Shown here piece after piece: positions 56,659 through 64,000 of a stretch of DNA of 64,000 bases. A model generated the notes under the pieces. The model was not told the origin of the DNA and ran no database searches. It worked only from the letters and a program-made list of their open reading frames with translations. Each line of letters starts with the position of its first letter. Positions within the stretch are counted from its first letter, which is position 1. Made by a program: the position numbers and the translations under genes. Origin of the DNA: an uncultured Candidatus Binatia bacterium (GTDB lineage: Bacteria > Desulfobacterota > Binatia > UBA9968 > JAJDTQ01); the NCBI GenBank assembly GCA_965213675.1, contig OZ243916.1:1632001-1696000 (forward strand), read 5' to 3'.

Positions 56659-57867
56659 CTACATCGGCGGGCGGCTGTTCTCCCCATATCCCGTCAACTC
56701 CACGTAGCCTTGCCCGACGCGGGCGCCGTCCCTGGAGTCCAGCCGGACGGACCCTTCCCAATAGAACAGGTTCGGGATCAGCGCGCTGCGGTTCTCCTGG
56801 TCGGCGAGCCTGGGCGTGATGACCGCGCGGATTCCAGCGCCGGGAACGTCCAGGGTCCAGCCGGCGGGATAGGGAGCGCCGGTGGCCGGGCTGGTCCAAC
56901 GGCCGGTGGCGTTCAGGCTCCATTCGGCGGGGCGCAGGTAGCGGACGGCGCCGTCGGGTTCGATCAGCGTGGCGCTGGCATGGTGGGTGGCGCCGTCACG
57001 GTTGCGGAGGAAGTAGAGCATGACCTCGCGATTGTCATCGAATTGAAGGCTGAACCAGTCCCAGCCGACGGTGTCCTCCCCGAGCTGGTTGGAGCCGAAT
57101 TCCTTGTCCATCCAACTCGCGCCACGGACGTCCCACTCCTTTCCATCAAGCCGGACGGCGCCGGTGACCGCCATGCGGGTGAAGCTGTAGTAGTGACTGG
57201 CTTCCGTCGCCCCCGCCCCTTTTCGGCTCAGGCCGCCGGGCCCCTGGAACACCAAGGGCTTGAGCGGGCGCGCGGAGAGGGTGAAGCCGAACTCCTCGCC
57301 GGCGTCGGCCATGGCGAAGTCGAAGCCCTTGCCGTTCCAGTGGAGTTGCCAACCGTCGGGCGTTCCGGGCGGGCCAACGCTCCACGCCAGACGCGGGTCG
57401 GGTTGGCGGCCAAACCCGCCCAGCAGCGGCGCCGCGCGCACCACCAACTCGCTGAAGCGATGCCGGCCACTTTGCAGATCCGTCAGCGCCGCGTGCCCCA
57501 TGACGAGGTTGCGGGCAGCCCACGCGGAATCGGACGGCGGTGCGTCCCGGGACACACCGATCCGGAAGAACGTGAATTGAAACCCGAAGCGGCGCACGGG
57601 TTCCGTCACCGTGCGCAAGTGCCCGGTGAAGTACCACCACTCGGTCTTGTAACCTTCACGCGCCCAGTGGTCCCTCGGAAAAGACCACTGGTAATCGGGC
57701 TGGGCCACGGTCCATGCGTGGGCGGCAAGGCTCGCCGACCAAATCACACCGGCCGAGGCCAGGATGAGAACGGCGGCGCCCAGGACCAGCCGTTTCGCTA
57801 CCCTTCCAGGAGTCCTTCGGAGAAGACGTCCGCCGGGTAGTTGGGAGTTCCGGTCCCCATTGGTCAT
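56659..57867 (-). CDS. AttH/CrtC-like lipocalin-domain secreted protein
   Basis: FPRDH, TEWWYFTG, FGFQFTFFR, SHYYS, WMDKEF, GWDWFSL, YWEG. Confidence 0.9.
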   Translation of the reverse strand: MTNGDRNSQLPGGRLLRRTPGRVAKRLVLGAAVLILASAGVIWSASLAAHAWTVAQPDYQWSFPRDHWAREGYKTEWWYFTGHLRTVTEPVRRFGFQFTFFRIGVSRDAPPSDSAWAARNLVMGHAALTDLQSGRHRFSELVVRAAPLLGGFGRQPDPRLAWSVGPPGTPDGWQLHWNGKGFDFAMADAGEEFGFTLSARPLKPLVFQGPGGLSRKGAGATEASHYYSFTRMAVTGAVRLDGKEWDVRGASWMDKEFGSNQLGEDTVGWDWFSLQFDDNREVMLYFLRNRDGATHHASATLIEPDGAVRYLRPAEWSLNATGRWTSPATGAPYPAGWTLDVPGAGIRAVITPRLADQENRSALIPNLFYWEGSVRLDSRDGARVGQGYVELTGYGENSRPPM

Positions 57868-57868
57868 T

Positions 57869-58120
57869 TGAGGTGGTCCCACTTCGTTGGACAGGTGGGC
57901 GGCGAAAACAAGGTGTATTCCGGGTAATCAATCATGCCGCCAGGGTCCTGTTTAGCACGTCTTCCCGTTCCGGTTGAGCCGGCGGAGGGACCGGCGATCG
58001 GAGGGGCTCAGGCCGCATCTCCATCCGCATTCCATGGTCGTAGGCCTCGGCTGGGGTAGAGCCATCGAGGGCGGAGTGAGGCCTTCGGGTGTTGCAGAAC
58101 TCCATCCATCGGGCGGTGAC
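57869..58120 (-). mobile_element. IS3-family remnant: transposase C-terminus plus right terminal repeat
   Basis: WMEFCNTRRPHSALDG.TPAEAY...AA*; end reads ...CTGTCCAACGAAGTGGGACCACCTCA on the minus strand. Confidence 0.8.
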
Positions 58121-58140
58121 CGCATTCAAGGGCGCGCTTG

Positions 58141-58180
58141 CGCCCTTCGACATGCTCAGGACTCGCTACGCTCACGACGA
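58141..58180 (-). repeat. Intergenic repeat (CCCTTCGAC..GCTCAGG family)
   Basis: cccttcgacatgctcaggactcgctacgctcacgacga; related to 19204. Confidence 0.55.
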
Positions 58181-58217
58181 TCAGGGAAACATACGCCTTG
58201 CCCCGGTGCGGTTTCCC

Positions 58218-60749
58218 TCACGCGTCCGCATGGCACAACTCGCTGGCGGGCGTGCGACTGGCCTTGAACGCGGGATAGAGGCTTGCCAGCACCGCGGCGC
58301 AGATAATGGCCAGGGCCTCGCCGGCGAGGGCCAGCCACGGCCAGGTCCACTCGATGCTCCAGCCGAAGTAGCTCTTCTGAATGACGAAGATCAGCACCAC
58401 GCCCAGGCCGGCGCCGGCGGCGTATCCCATGGCCAGGCCCAGGAAGGCCATGGCTGCGCCCTTGCTCACGAACAGCAGGAACACCTGGCGGCGGAAGGCG
58501 CCCAGGGTACGGTAGAGGGCGATCTCGCTGGCCTTCTCCTGGGCCACCACCAGCAGCGTGAGGGTGATGGCGCAGGCGGCGATGATGAGGCTCATGACCT
58601 GGAGGATGCGCGTCACCGCGAAGGTCTGGTCGAAGACATGGAGCACGTCGTCCTTGAGGCGCTGATTGCTGCGCACGCGCAGGAAGCCACGGGGGTAGCG
58701 GTTCTCGATGGCCGCGGCTACGGCTTCCGGGTCGGCTCCAGGCTTCAGGTGCAGCGCGACGCTCGTGAGGCGGCCCGCGCCCAGGGTTTCGGCCATGAGG
58801 GCCAGGTCCATGGTGACCGATCCGCCTTCCGTGTAGTCACGGTAGACGCCGGAAACGGGGAGGCGCACGGTTCCCAACGGGCCTTCGATCATTACCGCGT
58901 CCCCCACCGTCAGGGACGCGCTTTGGGCCAGCGGCTCGCCGACGAGGACGCCCCGTTCCCGGAGCGCCCGGGCCACCGCATCGGCGCCGGAAAGGAGCCC
59001 CAGGCGGCGCTGTTCGGCCGGCCGGTTCAAATCCACGGCCACCACCGCCACGCGCCGGCCGCCCACGGGAAGGGACAGGCGTCGCAGCGGATCGACGCCG
59101 CGCACCTCGGGCACGCGCGCCAGCCGCGCCACGAGGTCCGGATTCAGCGTGGCCTGCGGCCCGGCCCGCGCCCCCACCGTGGCGGTGACGTAGACATCGG
59201 CGCGCAGCGAGCGCTCCACCCAACGCACCAGGGTCTCGCGGAAGCTGCCCACCAGAAGCGTGATGCCCACCAGCAGGCACACGGCCATGGACAGGGACGA
59301 AACCGAGAATGCGGTGTTCGCGAGGGTGGCCCCGAGGCTGCGGACGCCGTAGCGGAAGCCGAAGTCCGGCACGCGGACGCACCCGGTGAGGCGCTGCACC
59401 AGCCAAGGAGCGAGCAGCGGCAGACATAGCATCATGACGGTGGCCAAGACGAAACCCGAAGGGCGCCAACGCCAACCCGCGAGCCAGTACCACGCCAGCG
59501 CAACGGCCACCAGCGCAAGGCCCAGGCGGAAGAGCGCGCGGGCGCGGGCGACGCCCGCGGACTGCGCCGGATAGGTGTCCAGCAGCGCGCGCGTGTCCCG
59601 GCGCCACACGTCCAGGGCGGGCAGAAGCGTGCCGCTCAGGGCGCCGCCCAGGCCCGCGAACACCGCCAGCGCCAAGGTGCCGCCGGACACCTCCAGCGAC
59701 TGAATTTCCCGGAGCATGTAGACGTTGGTCAGCGTGGAGCTGACCGCGTCCAGATTCCAGATGGCGGTCCAGTATCCCGCCACAATGCCGATGGCCACGC
59801 CCAGGATCCCGAGCAGCGCGGCTTCGCCCAGGATGAGCGCCAGAACCTGGGCCGGGGTGGAACCCAGGGAACGCAGCACACCGAACTCCCGGCGCTGCCA
59901 CACCAGGCACGCGCGCATGCTGCTGAACACGAGGAACGTGCCCACCAACAGGCTCACCATGCTCAAGGCGGTGAGGTTCAGGCGGAAGGCGCCGAGGAGT
60001 TGCCGCGCCTGCCCGGTGCGCTCCGACGCCGTGGCCGCGTCCACCCGGCCGCCCAGCCGATCCTCGATGCGCGCCGCCAGGGCCGGCAGGTCGGCGCCCT
60101 CCACCGCCTCGACGCCGATGCGGTGCAGGATGCCCGCGCCGCCGAACAGAGACTGGGCCTCGGCAATGTCCATCACCAGGGCGCGGCGGCTTCCGCCCGC
60201 GCCCCAGCGCTCGAAGTCCACCAGCGCGCCCACCTGGAGCGCGCGCACGCGCTCGCCGTCACGGACCTCGACGCGGTCGCCGACGGCCCAACCCATGGCC
60301 GCGGCCAGCTCCGGCGTGGCCGCCGCCCAGCCGCGGCGGCGCGCTGCCACACCCGCCTCCGTCTCCGGCGGGAGCCCCGACAACGCGCCCCGGAAGTCCG
60401 GAGAAGGCGCCAGGAGATCGATGCCCAAGAGCCGCGCGAACGTGCCTGGCCGCCCCACCACCGCCACCGTGGTCTCGAAGGCGGGCCAGGCCGCGGCCAC
60501 TCCCGGCGTGCCCCGCACCAGCGGGTAGAACGCGTCCCGCAAGGTGCCGCCCTTGCCCGTGACCACCACGTCGGCGGCGCCGCCGATGCTGTGCACGCCG
60601 GCCGCGAACGAAGCCACCGCGCTCTGGTTGAGGATGCGAATGCTGATGACCGAGGCCACACCCAGCGCCACACCCAGAACGGTCAATCCGTATAGCACCG
60701 GGTTGGTGCGCCAGTGGGCGGAGACCGTCTTGCAGAAGTAGCGCAGCAT
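58218..60749 (-). CDS. ABC transporter permease (FtsX/MacB-like, duplicated)
   Basis: LGVALGVA, AFRLNL.ALS, EFGVLRSLG, FDQTFAVT, EIALYRTLG. Confidence 0.92.
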   Translation of the reverse strand: MLRYFCKTVSAHWRTNPVLYGLTVLGVALGVASVISIRILNQSAVASFAAGVHSIGGAADVVVTGKGGTLRDAFYPLVRGTPGVAAAWPAFETTVAVVGRPGTFARLLGIDLLAPSPDFRGALSGLPPETEAGVAARRRGWAAATPELAAAMGWAVGDRVEVRDGERVRALQVGALVDFERWGAGGSRRALVMDIAEAQSLFGGAGILHRIGVEAVEGADLPALAARIEDRLGGRVDAATASERTGQARQLLGAFRLNLTALSMVSLLVGTFLVFSSMRACLVWQRREFGVLRSLGSTPAQVLALILGEAALLGILGVAIGIVAGYWTAIWNLDAVSSTLTNVYMLREIQSLEVSGGTLALAVFAGLGGALSGTLLPALDVWRRDTRALLDTYPAQSAGVARARALFRLGLALVAVALAWYWLAGWRWRPSGFVLATVMMLCLPLLAPWLVQRLTGCVRVPDFGFRYGVRSLGATLANTAFSVSSLSMAVCLLVGITLLVGSFRETLVRWVERSLRADVYVTATVGARAGPQATLNPDLVARLARVPEVRGVDPLRRLSLPVGGRRVAVVAVDLNRPAEQRRLGLLSGADAVARALRERGVLVGEPLAQSASLTVGDAVMIEGPLGTVRLPVSGVYRDYTEGGSVTMDLALMAETLGAGRLTSVALHLKPGADPEAVAAAIENRYPRGFLRVRSNQRLKDDVLHVFDQTFAVTRILQVMSLIIAACAITLTLLVVAQEKASEIALYRTLGAFRRQVFLLFVSKGAAMAFLGLAMGYAAGAGLGVVLIFVIQKSYFGWSIEWTWPWLALAGEALAIICAAVLASLYPAFKASRTPASELCHADA

Positions 60750-60855
60750 GGTCGAGCCAATGGTTCCGTATCAAACAACGAGATCACGCAGCCGCCGCCG
60801 TATGTCGCCGCGGCATGTCGGCCGGCAAACCGACATCGCCGATTCTCGCGAACTT

Positions 60856-60881
60856 GCAGGGGCGACCGGTGGTCGTCCCTG
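60856..60881 (+). repeat. REP palindrome (degenerate)
   Basis: gcaggggcgaccggtggtcgtccctg. Confidence 0.55.
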
Positions 60882-60937
60882 TGGCGCTCACCACGCGAGG
60901 GAAACCCACGCAGCCGGCGACAAGACGAACCAGCACT

Positions 60938-61669
60938 TCAACGCAGAAACGCTCCGGACACGACTCCACGCGCCGCGCCGGTATCCGCCTCCAGGCTACC
61001 GCTGTGAAGCCGCAAGACGCCGTCGGCCATGGCCGCCAACTCCCGGCTGTGGGTGGCGAAGATGAGTGTCGCGCCCTCCTCCGCCACCATCTGGAGCATG
61101 AGGTCCATGACCACCTGACCGCTGGCGTCGTCGAGGCTGCCGGTGGGTTCGTCGGCCAGCAACAGGCGCGGGCGCCGCAGCAGTGCCCGGCAGATGGCCA
61201 CGCGCTGCATCTCGCCGCCGCTCAAGACCGCCACCGGGTCGCCGGCCCGGTCCGGCAGGCCCACCCGCTCCAGCAGCGCCGCCACGCGCTGGCGGTAGGC
61301 GCGCTCCCGCACGCCGGCGATAAGGTCCGGCAGGGCCACGTTGTCCCGCACCGTCAGGTGGGGCAGGAGATGGAAGAGCTGGAACACAAAACCGATGTCG
61401 CGCCGGCGCAGCCGCGTGCGCTCGGTCTCGTTGAGGCCTTCCAGCGGCGCGCCGTGCAGGGCCACCGAACCGCGCGTGGGCACATCGATGCCGGCCGCCA
61501 AGTGCAGCAGCGTGGACTTGCCGCTGCCGCTGCGCCCGACGACGGCCACGGTCTTGCCCGAGGCGATATCGAACGTGACGTCGCGCAACGCGTAGCGTTC
61601 CGCGGAGCCCGTGCCGTCGTAGACCTTCGAAACGCGGTTGAAGCTGAGGGCGGCCGCGTCCATCGTCAC
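60938..61669 (-). CDS. ABC transporter ATP-binding protein (LolD-like)
   Basis: [26 protein letters not shown]. Confidence 0.93.
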   Translation of the reverse strand: MTMDAAALSFNRVSKVYDGTGSAERYALRDVTFDIASGKTVAVVGRSGSGKSTLLHLAAGIDVPTRGSVALHGAPLEGLNETERTRLRRRDIGFVFQLFHLLPHLTVRDNVALPDLIAGVRERAYRQRVAALLERVGLPDRAGDPVAVLSGGEMQRVAICRALLRRPRLLLADEPTGSLDDASGQVVMDLMLQMVAEEGATLIFATHSRELAAMADGVLRLHSGSLEADTGAARGVVSGAFLR

Positions 61670-62559
61670 GCGGCGATCACGTGGCGCAGACCCTCTTCGA
61701 GCGAAGCGTGACGGAACGCGTAGCCGGAGTCCAGCAGCGTGGCGGGCCGGACCCGGGTGCTGGCCAACAGCAGCGCCTCCGCCATTTCGCCGAATGCCAA
61801 GCGGGCGGCGAACCCGGGCATGGGGAACAGGGTGGGACGCCGCAGCACGCGGCCGAGAGTCTTGGTGAACTCATGGTTGGTGGCCGCCACGGGCGCCACG
61901 ACGTTCACCGGTCCGGCCGCCGAATCCGTGGCAAGCAGATGGGTGAGGGCCGCAACGGTGTCGTCCAGGGTGATCCAGCTCATGAATTGCCGGCCGTTGC
62001 CGATGATGCCCCCCGCCCCGAGCCTGAAGGGCGTGAGCATCTTGGCGAGAGCGCCGCCTTCCGTGCTCAGGACCACGCCCAGCCGCGCGTGGACCACGCG
62101 GACGCCCTTCTCTTGCGCCGGCTCGGTGGCCGCCTCCCACTCACGGCACACGCCCGGAAGGAAGCCTTGGCCGGACGGGCTGGCCTCGGTGAGCACCTCG
62201 TCGCCGCGGTCGCCGTAGAACCCCACCGCCGAGGCCGACACCCACACCCCCGGCGGCCGTTCCAGTCCGGCCAGGGTCTCCGCCAGCAGCCGCGTGCCGC
62301 GCACACGGCTGTCCCGGATGCGGCGCTTCTTCTCCGCGGTCCAGCGCGCGGTGGCAATGTTCTCGCCGGCCAGGTGAATGATCCCGTCAAACCCTTCCAG
62401 CGGCCCGGCGTCGAGGACACCGCGTTCCGGATCCCAGGAAAGATCGCCAGCCGCGCTTTGGGAACGCCCCAGCCGCACCACCTCATGGCCGCCGCTGACG
62501 AGCAGCGCCGTCAAGGCGCGGCCCACCAGTCCCGTAGCTCCCGTCACCAGAATCTTCAT
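61666..62559 (-). CDS. TIGR01777 (YfcH-like) epimerase-family protein
   Basis: ILVTGATGLVG, IHLAGENIA, SASAVGFYG, GNGRQFMSWI. Confidence 0.92.
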   Translation of the reverse strand: MKILVTGATGLVGRALTALLVSGGHEVVRLGRSQSAAGDLSWDPERGVLDAGPLEGFDGIIHLAGENIATARWTAEKKRRIRDSRVRGTRLLAETLAGLERPPGVWVSASAVGFYGDRGDEVLTEASPSGQGFLPGVCREWEAATEPAQEKGVRVVHARLGVVLSTEGGALAKMLTPFRLGAGGIIGNGRQFMSWITLDDTVAALTHLLATDSAAGPVNVVAPVAATNHEFTKTLGRVLRRPTLFPMPGFAARLAFGEMAEALLLASTRVRPATLLDSGYAFRHASLEEGLRHVIAA

Positions 62560-62753
62560 TCCCGGTCCTCCGTTGCGGCGGCGCCAGTGGCCGCCCATTC
62601 GATGTCGATGTTCCACGTTATTCCTTCCATGATAGCACCTCGCCCCGCTTCCCACGCATACGCGCGCAGTTTGACTTACCGGTGAGGTGTCCTTAAATCT
62701 TCGTAGACAGGGCTTGCATCATGTCGCCCTGCCTGACCGTCCGTCCTCGAACC

Positions 62754-64000
62754 ATGCTTGAAAATCTGCTGAAGAAGGTGGAGGAGCGCACCGGCTACTT
62801 CGGCGCCTATGGCGGCGCGTTTACGCCGGAGATTCTGCGCACGACGCTGGATGAATTGATCGCGGCCTTTGACGACGCGCGCCGGGACCCGGCTTTCTGG
62901 GACGAGTTCCGGGGGGTGATGCAATCCTACTCATGCCGGCCGACACCCGTCACGCATCTGCAGAACCTGAGCGACACGCTGGGCGGGGCGCAGATCTATC
63001 TCAAGCGGGAAGACCTGAACCAGACGGGCTCCCACAAGATCAACAACGTCATGGGACAGGGACTGCTGGTGACGCGCATGGGCAAGAAGCGCGTCATCGC
63101 CGAGACCGGAGCCGGCCAGCACGGCGTCGCCACCGCCACCATGGCCGCCCGGCTGGGCCTTGAGTGCACCATCTACATGGGCGCGGTGGACGTGGAGCGG
63201 CAGCGCCCCAACGTGTTCTGGATGGAGCGGCTCGGGGCGACGGTGATTGCGGTCGAAGACGGCTCGGCCACGCTCAAGGACGCCATCAACCAGTGCCTGC
63301 GGGACTGGGCGTTCTCCATGGACGACACCCACTACGTGCTCGGAACCGCCTGCGGGCCGCACCCGTTTCCGCAGATCGTGGCGTATTTCCAACAGATCAT
63401 CGGACAGGAATGCCGCGAGCAGATGACGGCCCTCAACGGGCGCCTGCCGGACCGGGTGTACTGCTGCGTGGGCGGCGGCTCCAACGCCACCGGCACGTTC
63501 CTGGGTTTCCTCGACGATGCGGACGTGGAGCTGGTGGGAATCGAGGCCGGCGGCGAAGGGCTGGACACCGGCCGCCACGCGGCCCGACTGGCGGGCAACG
63601 GCGGCACCCCCGGCGTGGCCCAGGGCTACAAGACCTGGTTTCTCCAGGACGAGGAAGGGCAAATGCGCCACACTCACTCGGTGGCCGCGGGCCTGGACTA
63701 TATCGGTGTGAGCCCGATTCTGGCGTGTCTGCGGGAGAACGGGCGGGTGCGTTTCGAGGCCGCCACCGACAACGAGGTGCTGGAAGGGTTCCAGATGCTG
63801 CTGCAACGGGAAGGCATCATCGCTGCCCTGGAGAGCGCCCACGCGGTGGCCGGCGTCATCCGCGAGGCGCCGCGCATGGGCCGGGACCAGGCCGTGCTGG
63901 CGACCCTGTCGGGCCGGGGCGACAAGGACATCTTCACCATCGCCGAGGCGCTGGACGATCCCGGCTGGCGGCGTTTCCTTGAGCGGAAGGCCGGCCGGTG
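62754..64000 (+). CDS. trpB: Tryptophan synthase beta subunit (runs to the window edge)
   Basis: GYFGAYGG, LKREDLNQTGSHKINN, AETGAGQHG, CVGGGSN, GLDY.GV.P, LESAHA, LSGRGDKD. Confidence 0.95.
   Translation, partial: MLENLLKKVEERTGYFGAYGGAFTPEILRTTLDELIAAFDDARRDPAFWDEFRGVMQSYSCRPTPVTHLQNLSDTLGGAQIYLKREDLNQTGSHKINNVMGQGLLVTRMGKKRVIAETGAGQHGVATATMAARLGLECTIYMGAVDVERQRPNVFWMERLGATVIAVEDGSATLKDAINQCLRDWAFSMDDTHYVLGTACGPHPFPQIVAYFQQIIGQECREQMTALNGRLPDRVYCCVGGGSNATGTFLGFLDDADVELVGIEAGGEGLDTGRHAARLAGNGGTPGVAQGYKTWFLQDEEGQMRHTHSVAAGLDYIGVSPILACLRENGRVRFEAATDNEVLEGFQMLLQREGIIAALESAHAVAGVIREAPRMGRDQAVLATLSGRGDKDIFTIAEALDDPGWRRFLERKAGR

Overview
A 64-kb GC-rich bacterial chromosome segment. Its SupA-type PKS and its set of amidohydrolase, CoA-transferase and thiolase-DUF35 genes suggest a sponge-associated deltaproteobacterium, possibly Binatia-like; this host assignment is inference. 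From left to right it contains: thiolase/DUF35/amidohydrolase genes; a decaying accessory island (~3.2-10 kb) with a 22-bp-period repeat array upstream of an AAA-DUF4143 ATPase, a MazE remnant, TerB-like and unknown genes, IS scars and an AAA-PD-(D/E)XK gene; an acyl-CoA dehydrogenase plus two CoA-transferases; an fmdB/AKR/aminotransferase/SDR cluster followed by a DUF3179 selenoprotein (in-frame UGA in UPLC plus a SECIS-like hairpin); rodZ, ltaE and clpP; a sup-type PKS cluster (KS-AT-DH-MT-ER-KR-ACP-KS-AT*, free ACP, hydrolase, internally deleted permease); TPM/LemA; an unannotated 23-aa membrane peptide with its own promoter; a formamidase-AmiS-crcB-MobA/MoaD-AOR-FDH cluster; assorted metabolic genes; an ABC/lipocalin operon with an IS3 remnant; yfcH; and trpB. 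No rRNA, tRNA or CRISPR array was seen.
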